This document shows positions 45,601 through 54,864 of a stretch of 64,000 nt of DNA, piece after piece. The notes beneath the pieces were generated by a model, which did not search any database, was not told where the DNA came from, and was given only the letters and a program-made list of their open reading frames with translations. The first letter of the stretch is position 1. Each line of letters begins with the position of its first letter. Location of the stretch: positions 1,952,001 to 2,016,000 of the forward strand of contig CBDFJR010000002.1 of assembly GCA_965248535.1 (NCBI GenBank). The letters are read 5' to 3'. The DNA comes from Phormidesmis sp. GTDB lineage: Bacteria; Cyanobacteriota; Cyanobacteriia; Leptolyngbyales; Leptolyngbyaceae. The translations under genes were made by a program, and so were the position numbers.

Positions 45601-47736
45601 GCGCAGATGACCGCGATCGTGATCGGAGCGCTAGGCATCGCAGCATCGGGATTAGCAGGCTTTTCCTATTGGCAGCAGCGCAATGCCCAACTTCGCACGA
45701 TCGAAGCCTTAGCAGCTTCTTCTGAGGCGCTGTTATCGTCTAATCATCAGCTAGAAGCCTTGATAGCAGGAGTCAAAGCAGGACAGCAGATCAAAAAAAT
45801 GGCTCAGGTCTGGAATCCGATCGCGATGACTTCTCGCATGGGAACAATTGCTACTCTCCAACAGGCGCTCGATCTCACTCAAGAACTCAACCGATTAGAA
45901 AAACACAGTCAAAAAGTCAATGATATTAATATAAATAATAATGGAACCTTAATCGCTACGGTCAGTGACGATAAAACAATTCAGCTATGGAAAAATGACG
46001 GCACTTGGATTAGAGAAATAAAAACTCAGGAGCGCCTCAACGCCGTTACATTTAGTCCGGTTAATAACACGTTAGCAACCGCCAGCGCCGACAAAACCAT
46101 CAAACTGTGGAATCAAGACGGAACCCTCTTAAAAACCTTAACCGGACATCAAGACTGGACAACCGATGTGCAGTTTAGCCCCGATGGTCAAAGGTTAGCC
46201 AGCGCCAGTCGAGACGGCACGATTAAACTTTGGCGGCTCGATCGCAACACCCCCATGCAAACATTTCAAGGTCACAAAGGCTGGGTAAACAGCATTCGCT
46301 TTAGCCCTGATGGCAAAACTTTAGTGTCTGCTGGGGAAGACGGCACCATCAAATTTTGGCCAACTGACGGCAAAAATAGCCGATCGCTGAAGAGTTTTGT
46401 AGGACACCGCGATCGGATCACTGCCCTCAGCTTCAGTCCCGATGGCACCCTGATCGCATCTGCCAGCGCCGATAAAACCGCAAAACTTTGGTCACTCACG
46501 GGGCAGTTAGTGCAAACCTTTGCCGGGCACACCGATCAGGTAAATGATAGCCGCTTTCATCCCCAGGGCAAAACGCTAGCGACGGCGGGGGCTGATGGCA
46601 CCATCAAACTTTGGAGCTTAAATGGAGAACTGCTGCACACGATTAGCGCCTCGCGCACCACCGAAGCAGCCGCGGCCCACTCAGCCGAGATTACCCGCGT
46701 TCGATTTAGCCCAGATGGAGCCGTTTTGATGACTGCCAGCGCCGACAAAACCGCCAGACTGTGGCGAGTGCCCGACCTCACGCCACCTAATAGTGGGCTG
46801 TCGATCGCCAGTCTTAGCCCCGACGGTCAGACGATCGCCGCCGTCAATGACAAAACCATTCAGCTTTGGCGACGAAATCACGGAACCATCCAACCCTTAG
46901 CGATCGCGTTTAAGGGACACACCGCCCCGATTACAGCCTTAGAATTCAGTCCCGATGGCACCCTGATTGCGTCTGCCAGCACCGACAAAACCATCAAACT
47001 TTGGAACGTGACCACCGGATCGCAACTCAGAACCTTAACCGGACATCGCGATCGCGTCACCGCTCTCAGCTTTCGCCCCGATGGCAAACTTCTCGCATCC
47101 GGCAGCGCCGACAAAACCATCAAACTCTGGAACGTGTCCACCGGATCGCAACTCAGAACCTTAACCGGGCCCACCGACGAAATTACCGCCGTGCGCTTTA
47201 GCCCCGATGGGCGACTTCTCGCATCGGGCGGCTATGACAACACCCTCAGACTTTGGGTAGGTGACAGCCCTGCGTCGATTGTCGTTGGACGGCATCAACT
47301 CGCGATCGCGGCCATCGCCTTTAGCCCCGACGGTCACTCGATCGCGTCTGGCAGTTGGGACAACACCCTCAAACTTTGGACGCTTCACGATGCCACACCC
47401 AGCCCAGAAGTCACTCTCAGCCAGACCTTTAGCGGACACAGTGATGCAGTAACCAGCCTCAGCTTTAGCTCAGATAGTCAAATGCTTGCCTCAGGCAGCG
47501 CCGACACGACCCTAAAGCTTTGGGATGTCAAAACGGGTTTGCTCAAAACCCTCAGCGGCAGCCGCGATCGCCCTCAAAGTGTCAACTTCAGCGCAGACGG
47601 CAAAACGCTAGTCAGCAGCAGCGATCGTCAAGGCGTGGCAGTGTGGAACCTGGATTTAGACGACCTCTTAAAGCAAGGCTGCGATCGACTGCAACCCTAT
47701 TTGCAAAGCCACCCCGATCGTGAGGTGTGCCCTTAA
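42625..47736 (+). CDS. Caspase-like protease + degenerate caspase + STAND (nSTAND1-like) NTPase + TM helix + WD40 repeats
   Basis: YFSGHG and LDACHSG dyad; CPYMGLRAF, GASGSGKSS, VIDQFEELF, EVAHE; TM helix IVIGALGIAASGLAGFSYW; about 14 WD40 repeats. Confidence 0.9.
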   Translation: MPRAISRPTLPLETGKAKLWILLVGVNHYQDTHLPSLHYPALDCQGLADALTEATQEFPQREIRTHHDFGAAVPDLASVRQTLQQMVTDAQPQDTVLVYFSGHGVLDDRTQQAVLCLADTQKDNLLETGLGVAELLELLGQCAARQQVIWLDACHSGSMTLRSAKGASIELPNPTAQMMNVLGQRAAQSQGFYALLSCDRAQQSWEFPELGHGVFTYFLMRGLRGEAADAQGTIEADGLYKYVYHQTLQYIDKTNQQLRLINQQKRSRGNTQLQTEYPMQTPKRIVEGIGELILGVRSTTNSPQNPRQALVIAGLPSQQTTLSLSKVLHQAGGFDLDYYPQSGKDWSAVREAIQTCLRSAEPHPSLAPTALLYLRGRIEETAAGDSWLILGETRIARSWLRQALRHSQMTQQIIVLDCPGATTLSEWIEELQLGNDQGQCLIAAASPTTESEKFAQILLETLKVGDRPVGLPAAGWIAQLQIALAGELPLHVWLSGAQGVIEVLPGRVGSRRPDTAGFDLGFCPYMGLRAFSEEDSSYFYGREGLTRQLIQAVSHQACLAVVGASGSGKSSIVQAGLIAQLRQGQQVPGSQQWWIGHMRPGDRPLEALARRLVDPGSDSEQSRQQQQIEGILHQGAEGFVYWLRSRPEPVVMLVIDQFEELFTLAATDDRQQFLALILGAVNYASDRFKLILTLRADFISPCLEVPELATILQRSSVLVPPYLTENDYRDVILRPAEQVGLQVESGLVEVLLQELDHSAGDLPLLEFVLEQLWQQRRSGVLTLHAYQQQIGGLRGALERKAEAVYDSLDPDAQACARWIFLSLTQLGEGTEDTRRRVSKSDLVVKKYPAALVDRTLQALAIAKLIVIGVDEPNAHSKGAPQTSDFRLDASATDVSIEVAHEILIRYWSTLRWWLEENRNRLRSQRQIEQAALHWKQSDRQSDFLLRGIRLAQAEELYVNYTDELPTDTQRFIEACFKERQREQTEVKRRLRRAQMTAIVIGALGIAASGLAGFSYWQQRNAQLRTIEALAASSEALLSSNHQLEALIAGVKAGQQIKKMAQVWNPIAMTSRMGTIATLQQALDLTQELNRLEKHSQKVNDININNNGTLIATVSDDKTIQLWKNDGTWIREIKTQERLNAVTFSPVNNTLATASADKTIKLWNQDGTLLKTLTGHQDWTTDVQFSPDGQRLASASRDGTIKLWRLDRNTPMQTFQGHKGWVNSIRFSPDGKTLVSAGEDGTIKFWPTDGKNSRSLKSFVGHRDRITALSFSPDGTLIASASADKTAKLWSLTGQLVQTFAGHTDQVNDSRFHPQGKTLATAGADGTIKLWSLNGELLHTISASRTTEAAAAHSAEITRVRFSPDGAVLMTASADKTARLWRVPDLTPPNSGLSIASLSPDGQTIAAVNDKTIQLWRRNHGTIQPLAIAFKGHTAPITALEFSPDGTLIASASTDKTIKLWNVTTGSQLRTLTGHRDRVTALSFRPDGKLLASGSADKTIKLWNVSTGSQLRTLTGPTDEITAVRFSPDGRLLASGGYDNTLRLWVGDSPASIVVGRHQLAIAAIAFSPDGHSIASGSWDNTLKLWTLHDATPSPEVTLSQTFSGHSDAVTSLSFSSDSQMLASGSADTTLKLWDVKTGLLKTLSGSRDRPQSVNFSADGKTLVSSSDRQGVAVWNLDLDDLLKQGCDRLQPYLQSHPDREVCP

Positions 47737-47757
47737 TGTTCAGCAGAAGATCGATCG

Positions 47758-49179
47758 CTATCTAAAATGGGCAAGTCGCGCTTCCGGTTTTGAGGTCGCC
47801 TCGATCGGGAGTTTTTCCCAATTCCAATCCGCGATCGCTAACAGCGCAAACCAGTAAAAAAACAGCGTCGTATGGCTCCAAATATTTTCGGTTAACATGC
47901 CCACCATCGCAGCGAGCAAAAAGGCAACCAACACAGAACAAAATCGTTTCTGTGAAAGAGTCGTAAAAGGAGACCGGATCAGTTGGAACAATCGAACAAA
48001 CTGTACTCCAAAAAATGATAGATAGAGAGCCAGCCCGGTAAAGCCTTCTTCAACCAGCACCCTAATATAGTCATTGTGCGCCCAAGCAAACATCGGCCCA
48101 AACGAATTACTAGTTTGCAGCCCATAGCCCAGCACCGGAGCATGTTGCCAATGGCCAACTAGTGAAGTCCACTGAGCAATTCGCCAGTTAAAACTATTGT
48201 TGTCTGATGCCGCCAACAAGACCGCACGAGACGCATCAATCTGTGAATTGAACAAGGGAGTTTCAGCGATCGAGGCCAATCGTCCCCTGCCAAACTCAGT
48301 GCTCGAAAACAGACCAAACATTAACGAAATCAACACCAGCGCCGCAACTAGATTGGCAAAATTGAGTCGAGGCAACACTAGAGCCGCGATCAGCACAACC
48401 AGCATCGCAATGCCAATCAGCACCTTTGTGCTCACTAGAAAGAACACAAGGAGAATCATCAACATGACCCAAGGGAGACGCTGTTTGGTATTGGTGATCT
48501 TCCAATAAGTTAACCCAATAAAAAAAATCAGAAACGTTGCAAATGTATTGGACAAGCCCAGGGTGCCGTTGATTCGCGAATCCTGTTGTCCTTGATTAAC
48601 AGCCAAAAATGACGGCAGAAAGTGAGCCGGAATGATCAGTTGAAGCAGCGCTGCTGTCAAAGGAACAATCAGAGCTAGAAAGAGCCGATTGATAAACTTC
48701 TCTGGAGGGAGGCGATCTTTTAGCTGCAAGGTGAGCAGATAACACATAACCCAGCTAGAGACTCGCACCCACTCCCGCATGGCTTCAGGCAGGCGCTCAA
48801 CTCCCAACTCTGAGCCACCCAACGGCAGCAAGATCACCCACACTCCCTGAAGGGCAACCCAGCCTGCAAAAAACCACCAGAAGCCGTCAATTTCTACCTT
48901 CTGTTTTGCCAGCAGGCGAGTCACGACATAGATGATTGTTAAAGCAGAAAGCCCGATCGCAAACGCACCCGTCACACCTTTTTCAGAAAACGGATCGAGG
49001 GCACTTCTTAAAATTAAAAGTCCGAGTACGGCTATCTCAAAACTGTTGAAGAAAAAAGCGATCAGGACAGGAGCCACCAAAAACAGACCGACATAGAGAG
49101 GCTTGGTTCCAGTCTGAAAGCCCACTACAATGCCGATTAAGACTCCAAAAATCCCAACTAAGCGCCCTAAATTGATCAT
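47758..49179 (-). CDS. O-antigen ligase/Wzy-type polymerase
   Basis: Multi-TM; RINGT, NSFNWR, GYGL, AHNDY. Confidence 0.85.
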   Translation of the reverse strand: MINLGRLVGIFGVLIGIVVGFQTGTKPLYVGLFLVAPVLIAFFFNSFEIAVLGLLILRSALDPFSEKGVTGAFAIGLSALTIIYVVTRLLAKQKVEIDGFWWFFAGWVALQGVWVILLPLGGSELGVERLPEAMREWVRVSSWVMCYLLTLQLKDRLPPEKFINRLFLALIVPLTAALLQLIIPAHFLPSFLAVNQGQQDSRINGTLGLSNTFATFLIFFIGLTYWKITNTKQRLPWVMLMILLVFFLVSTKVLIGIAMLVVLIAALVLPRLNFANLVAALVLISLMFGLFSSTEFGRGRLASIAETPLFNSQIDASRAVLLAASDNNSFNWRIAQWTSLVGHWQHAPVLGYGLQTSNSFGPMFAWAHNDYIRVLVEEGFTGLALYLSFFGVQFVRLFQLIRSPFTTLSQKRFCSVLVAFLLAAMVGMLTENIWSHTTLFFYWFALLAIADWNWEKLPIEATSKPEARLAHFR

Positions 49180-49285
49180 GAAATTTCTCTGATGATGTTC
49201 TCTCTAATTCACGGCATCTTAAGTCGTGAATTGAATCAATTTTTGACACTCTCCACCACCTAGGTGAACGGTGTATTCTGCAAAC

Positions 49286-49732
49286 TTAGATAAACTTAAA
49301 ATCTTTAGAGCCATTGCATCCCGGCATCCGCGATTGTCGCCGCGTGAATTCACCAACCGAAGGGTTGCCATTGGGGTCAAGAACGCCCTGGGCCTGCCGC
49401 CAAAGCTCTGTGGGTGGAATAGACAACTGATAGGAGCGAGGCCCTGTTTTGTGTACATGATACCACTGAGTTTTGTGGCACTCTTGGCACCAAAATGCTT
49501 CTAGCCACTCTCCATCTAGGGAGACGGTTGATCGATTAGACATCAGCAGCAGAGCGCTTTTGCGACTGACTCCGCGGGCTTGCAGTTGCTCAGAGAGATC
49601 GGCAAACAGCGAATGTTTGGGGCTGACGCTATCCAGGTGGTTTCCGTCGATCGGGCAAAAAATTGCGCGTCTTTTTGAGCGTTTCCGGCTGCGATCGCAG
49701 CGTCGCAACACTTCGGTTTTTTCATCTAGCAC
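49286..49732 (-). CDS. Hypothetical Cys-containing protein in EPS locus
   Basis: 148-aa ORF with FCP and EAFWCQEC motifs; start codon uncertain. Confidence 0.7.
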   Translation of the reverse strand: MLDEKTEVLRRCDRSRKRSKRRAIFCPIDGNHLDSVSPKHSLFADLSEQLQARGVSRKSALLLMSNRSTVSLDGEWLEAFWCQECHKTQWYHVHKTGPRSYQLSIPPTELWRQAQGVLDPNGNPSVGEFTRRQSRMPGCNGSKDFKFI

Positions 49733-49986
49733 AATATCAACTGAGTAAGATTTGCAGGAACAAACTAAGTCTTGACGAAGCTCTTGAAAACCCAGATGTC
49801 AAGTCAGAACATGGATTGAGTCAACCGTCAAAACTACATTAGTAGTCTCAACCAGTTATCTCACACGAGACTTAGATAGATCAGTATTTTCAACTAGCTT
49901 AATCAAGCCTTCACTACTGCTTTACAAAATCTTTTTTATCGAAACAACTAATTCAGCCAAGAGTAGAGTCTAGAAATCAGGGTGAT

Positions 49987-51144
49987 CTATTTAAGCAAGT
50001 TCAGAATGGTAGTAATGGGATAAAACGGAATCAAAACTCGACCTAGCGTATCAAAAAACTTACTAGATCCCGTTTTTTTGACCACAATTAAGTCACCATT
50101 TCTCAGCGAAACAGAGGGCTTATCAAAGTCAAAGGTCTGACGCTCTAGCTGCCCATCAGGAGACATCCGAAATAGATCGATCGAGCGTTTGTCGGCTTTA
50201 TCAGTCGGGCCACCTGCCGCCGCGATCGTCTCAGCCACCCTAGCATTAGGTGCAACGTCGGTTTGCCCCGGCCGATTTACCTCTCCCGTCACCTGCACCG
50301 TAATTTTGGTGGGCGCGATCGTCGAAGTCAACAGCGCTTGCTGATCAGGGGTGCTGAGTTGGGCAGGCGGAACAATAATCTCATCCCCATCATAGATTCG
50401 GGCATCTGCCGTCAGATCGCCACTCTTCACCGCTTTCCACAGATCTACTTTGATCTCAGTTCTCACTAGTGTTGGAGACGAAGAAGGCGGCAAAGACAGA
50501 GAAGACGGGGGAAACGGCGAAGAGAGCGACGACGGGGCAAAGTTTGCAGCAATGCGATTATTGGGAACAAGCCGACGAATAATGATGTTGCGGAGGTCTG
50601 CGGTCGGCGTGATGCCCCCTGCCAAAATCAGCGCATCGCTGGCTGTCACGGGGCTGCTGCTCTGAGAGCCACCCACCGACGTTCGATTGAGTTGATTTTG
50701 TTGAACAAACGGATTTAACAACCGCGGCCCAGGTTGCAGCACTTCGCCCGTGACGCTAACCCGCAGGGGGCTGAGGCTCAACAGCGACAAGGCGACTTGC
50801 GGGCGACGCACATAAGGGCGCAGAGACTCAGTTACTAGAGTCGCCGCCTGCACCGGAGTCAGTCGGGCAACCCTGATTAACCCAGCCAACGGTAGCTGAA
50901 TCGTTCCATCCGACAAAATGATCTGATCACCCGACAGATCAGGAAACCCAGCCACCGTTAAACGCAGTTGATCACCTGCTTTAAGCGGAGTCGTGGCCTG
51001 CACATCAGCAGGCAGATCTAGCCCTTGAGTTTGAGCCAATCCAGGGTGGGCGGTCATGCCTAGGGCGATCGCACCCGACAGAGCAGTGCAAACGAGAAGT
51101 CCAGTAGTTTTCATGGTTTGAGCTTTAAGAAGATAAACCGTCAT
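49987..51144 (-). CDS. wza: Polysaccharide export protein (Wza/SLBB family)
   Basis: GDQL, DGTIQLPLAG, GEVLQPG, GEVNRPG, AAGG. Confidence 0.85.
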   Translation of the reverse strand: MTVYLLKAQTMKTTGLLVCTALSGAIALGMTAHPGLAQTQGLDLPADVQATTPLKAGDQLRLTVAGFPDLSGDQIILSDGTIQLPLAGLIRVARLTPVQAATLVTESLRPYVRRPQVALSLLSLSPLRVSVTGEVLQPGPRLLNPFVQQNQLNRTSVGGSQSSSPVTASDALILAGGITPTADLRNIIIRRLVPNNRIAANFAPSSLSSPFPPSSLSLPPSSSPTLVRTEIKVDLWKAVKSGDLTADARIYDGDEIIVPPAQLSTPDQQALLTSTIAPTKITVQVTGEVNRPGQTDVAPNARVAETIAAAGGPTDKADKRSIDLFRMSPDGQLERQTFDFDKPSVSLRNGDLIVVKKTGSSKFFDTLGRVLIPFYPITTILNLLK

Positions 51145-51157
51145 GGAGAGAGAGCGC

Positions 51158-53293
51158 TCAGACCGTAGAGCCTAGCGGGTTTCGACGTGAGAAATCTTTG
51201 GTCGGCAGTTGAGGAGTGTTAGAGGGATTTGAACGATCGTTGGCAGCGGGGTCTGGGGTCGCAGTCACTACCGTTCCCAAGACTGAGGAACCACTTTTTT
51301 GCAGATCTGCGGTGGTCTGAAGCGCGATCGCTTTGGGCGTAAACTCTGGGCGCACCACTAAAACCATGCCATCGGTATATTCGTTGAGCGTCATCGCATC
51401 TGCATATCGGCTCACAGGCGAAGTGTCAATAATCACCAAATCGTATTGAGCCATCGCTTGGGTCATCAAGGTTTTCATCGCTGAAGCTTCTAGCACCTGC
51501 GCCGGACGGTTAAACCACTGACCGTGGGGCAACAGACTTAAATGCTCGATCGCCGTTGGCAGCACCACCGACTGCAACGGCAGATTCTCACTGACCGCAT
51601 CGGTCAAACCAGGTTGGTCAGGCACATCAAAAAACTGATGCTGTAAGGGATGGCTCAAGTCAGCATCGATCAACAGCGTGCGTCGAGACAGCATGGCCGC
51701 CACCATCGCTAGCCGTGCCGCCACATTTGATTTCCCTTCGCCAGCCACGCTGCTAGTGATTAAGACTGACTTCAACGGGTCGCTGCTGTTAAGCTCTAGG
51801 GTTTTGAGCAGTCTCCGGTAGGGTTCGACCGCCGCCGGGTTGTTTAAGAAGCGCTCAAGCTGGCCCGCTTTGAGAGCAGGCAAGCGATCGGTGAGCACGC
51901 CCAACACAGGAAGCTTAAGTTGAGATTCGGCTTCGGCGGCGCTGCCAATTTTGGTATTGAGCAACTCGCCGATGAGAATCACCCCGATCGCCAGCACGGC
52001 CCCAGCAGCACTGCCTAACATTAGCCCTAGAAACGGTTTGGGGCTGGCGGGCGCAGCAGGAACTGACGCTAGTCCAACAATGCGAACATTGCTCACCAGT
52101 TGCGCCTCTGCAACGCGAGCTTCTTCAAGCTTGTTTTGCAAGAGCTTGAGGGTAGCAGCTTCTTGCTCGCGTCGTCGCATTAAGTTAGACAACACACGTT
52201 GCTTGGCCGGAAGCGTCGATAGGCGATCGCGCAAAGGCTGCTGTTGTTGGGTGACCGTGTTGAGCTTGTCTTGCAAAGCACTGCGTTCGACTTCACCCGT
52301 GATGTAGTTAGAAATTAAGGCTCGACTCAAGTCATCTGCCGCGACTTTGCCAGAGGCTAGCCCCTGTTGACCTGGCACAATGCGGCCCAGACTTTGAGTA
52401 TAGAGCGATCGCGTCTCATCTCGCTTTTGAATCAGCGCCAGCAGATCGGGATGTTGATCTCCTAAGCGAGACCGGGCATCAATGACTTGAGCTTCGAGGT
52501 CGGTGAGTTTGCCCCTCAAGGTCTTTAGCTCATCGTCTTGCCCCGCACGCGAGGCTAGATAGGCAGTTTGCACATTGTTGACTCCGATCACTCCTTGCAG
52601 CAGCCCACTTTTTCGCTGAGACTCTGCGAGTTGGGCAGAGAGGGTGCGGCCCTGGTCTTCTATGGTGGCAAGACTGTTCACCAGACTGGTGTCCTGCGCG
52701 TCGAGGGCGACAATGCCATTGGCTTCTTTAAAGCGACTTTCGGCGAGTTCAGCCTGCTCTAGGTTTGCTTGCTGCTGCGGCACTCGTGTTTCTACGAATT
52801 CTCTGACTGATGACGCTTGTTGACGAATTGACTCTCCACTTTCTTGAACAGCAGCCTGCGAGACGGCGTTTAGCACCTCTGATGCCAATTTAGGATCTGG
52901 GTTTTTGTAGCTCAGTTCAAGAATGCTGGTAGCAGGCACAATTTTGACCCTGATCGCCCCACTTAGCTCACCCACCGACGGCAGAGGCTTCTCTGAGGCG
53001 CTTCTAGGCTCAAGCATCCCCACGGCTCGCTTCAAGACACGCTCTGAGGTGATCAATTCGGCTTGAGTCGCGATCGGGCTAGCATTTCCAGCCGTAGAGT
53101 TAGCCGCTAGTGCCTGCCCTAACTCAGAAACGCTGACCCGCCGTTCGTCTAAAATCAGGCGAGCCGAGCTTTCATAAACAGGAGGTGTGACGCGCAGATA
53201 TAAGGCTGAGGCCCCGATAACAGCGGCAAAGGTGGCAAATGCATTCCAAAAATTACGTTTTAGTACGGGCGTGAGCGATGGCATCCCATTCAT
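51158..53293 (-). CDS. wzc: Polysaccharide copolymerase (Wzc/GumC family)
   Basis: Two TM helices, PVYES, coiled coil with HPD, LPVLG, GEGKS, LLIDADL, DTSP. Confidence 0.88.
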   Translation of the reverse strand: MNGMPSLTPVLKRNFWNAFATFAAVIGASALYLRVTPPVYESSARLILDERRVSVSELGQALAANSTAGNASPIATQAELITSERVLKRAVGMLEPRSASEKPLPSVGELSGAIRVKIVPATSILELSYKNPDPKLASEVLNAVSQAAVQESGESIRQQASSVREFVETRVPQQQANLEQAELAESRFKEANGIVALDAQDTSLVNSLATIEDQGRTLSAQLAESQRKSGLLQGVIGVNNVQTAYLASRAGQDDELKTLRGKLTDLEAQVIDARSRLGDQHPDLLALIQKRDETRSLYTQSLGRIVPGQQGLASGKVAADDLSRALISNYITGEVERSALQDKLNTVTQQQQPLRDRLSTLPAKQRVLSNLMRRREQEAATLKLLQNKLEEARVAEAQLVSNVRIVGLASVPAAPASPKPFLGLMLGSAAGAVLAIGVILIGELLNTKIGSAAEAESQLKLPVLGVLTDRLPALKAGQLERFLNNPAAVEPYRRLLKTLELNSSDPLKSVLITSSVAGEGKSNVAARLAMVAAMLSRRTLLIDADLSHPLQHQFFDVPDQPGLTDAVSENLPLQSVVLPTAIEHLSLLPHGQWFNRPAQVLEASAMKTLMTQAMAQYDLVIIDTSPVSRYADAMTLNEYTDGMVLVVRPEFTPKAIALQTTADLQKSGSSVLGTVVTATPDPAANDRSNPSNTPQLPTKDFSRRNPLGSTV

Positions 53294-53364
53294 GAGGCAA
53301 ATCCAGTTGGAGAATATTAATTGGCTGGTTAACTTAACAAGGCGCTGCGTGGGGCATTTCAGGC

Positions 53365-54705
53365 CTAATATTCAGGTGAATTTGAGGTTGGGTTTGTCGG
53401 TCGTGAGGGCATGAGTGGATTAGGGGGCGGCGTAGCTGCTTTAGGCAATAGGACAGGCTGAGTTTCTTCAGCGGTGCTGTCACTATCGACATATTTGAAC
53501 CGCGTAGTTGCCTCGATCGATAACGTAGATTGACCCTGATTTAGCTGAACCGCGACTGGATTGTTGACGAGTGCCGGACGAGGTTGAGCCAGTACATTTT
53601 CGTACAGGTTCAAAAAGGTCGCTGTGATCTGCTCCCAGTTATAGCTTGATCGTACGTAGATTTTCGCCCGATCGGCGATCAGTTTAAGATCTGGCCCATT
53701 ACAGATTGCCCACTCTATCTTCTGAATACAGGAGGCTAAATCGCCTCTCCGGAAAAGCACGCCTCGGTTGTTGCCAAGCAAATGTCGGTGCGGAGGGATA
53801 TCGCTAGCCACGATCGGAATGCCTTCTGACATGGCTTCTAACATCACCATCGGTAGTCCTTCTACGTCCGAAGGTAGCACACATAACCCGGCTCCCCTCA
53901 CAATTTCTGCAAGCCGCGTGCCCAAAAGCTCTCCACCAAACAGGATATCGGGGTGGCTGTCTGCCAGTTCTAGCAGCCGCGCTTTGTAGGCAGACGAGGA
54001 ATCACTGCCAATTAAAACTAGTTTCCAGCCCGGTAGTTTGAGGGCTTGAAAGGCTTGAATCACTAGATCTGGGCACTTTTCAGGAACCATTCGACCTAAA
54101 AATAAAATATAGCGTTTTGGCGTTAACCCTAACGAGCGGCCCCAGGCAAAATCAGGGTCTGAAGCCGCATAAGTTGCCGGAGCATTGGGAACATAAACCG
54201 AGGTGCGATCGTAGGTTTTTGAGAAGTAAGATTGCAGCGATTCTGATACAACCGCAATCTCATGAGCGCATGAAGCGGCTACTTTTTCACCTAGAAGAAT
54301 TGAAGAACTTGCAAGCTTTCCCCACTTGGCTCGTTGCCAATCTAACCCGTGGCAAGTCACCACCACTTTGGCAGACGAGAACAACCGAGGAATCCAGCTA
54401 AATAGAGCCGGCCCTAAAGCGTGAAAATGAACAATATCGTAATCTCCCCCAATCGTTAAAACAGCCCCTAAAAATGAACTAATCAAGGCATCTAAACCAC
54501 CCGTTTTAGGACAGGGTAAAGAGATGATTTGCACTCCTTTAAAATCATGGCGGGCAAATCCAGGAGTGCCCGTATAGAACGATCGAGCAAATAGATCAAC
54601 CGAGTGACCTTGTGCCACCAAGCGCGGATAGATTTCTGCACAATGATGTTCGATGCCACCCTGTTTTGGGGGCAATCCCTTTGCGCCGATGACAGCTATC
54701 TTCAT
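53365..54705 (-). CDS. Glycosyltransferase family 4
   Basis: GGIE, GRMVPEK, EGLPMVMLEAM. Confidence 0.9.
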   Translation of the reverse strand: MKIAVIGAKGLPPKQGGIEHHCAEIYPRLVAQGHSVDLFARSFYTGTPGFARHDFKGVQIISLPCPKTGGLDALISSFLGAVLTIGGDYDIVHFHALGPALFSWIPRLFSSAKVVVTCHGLDWQRAKWGKLASSSILLGEKVAASCAHEIAVVSESLQSYFSKTYDRTSVYVPNAPATYAASDPDFAWGRSLGLTPKRYILFLGRMVPEKCPDLVIQAFQALKLPGWKLVLIGSDSSSAYKARLLELADSHPDILFGGELLGTRLAEIVRGAGLCVLPSDVEGLPMVMLEAMSEGIPIVASDIPPHRHLLGNNRGVLFRRGDLASCIQKIEWAICNGPDLKLIADRAKIYVRSSYNWEQITATFLNLYENVLAQPRPALVNNPVAVQLNQGQSTLSIEATTRFKYVDSDSTAEETQPVLLPKAATPPPNPLMPSRPTNPTSNSPEY

Positions 54706-54864
54706 GTTGTGTTCCTAAAGTTCGGGAGCGTGAAAGGCAATTGAGAAGCTACAGATAAGGGATTGACACACTAAAAAACAGCATAGAAATCTACGCTGTC
54801 AGCAGGATTTAGCAGAAGTTAGGATTCAGGGAGCGTTCCCGAATTCGTGCAGGAGGTCTAATGA

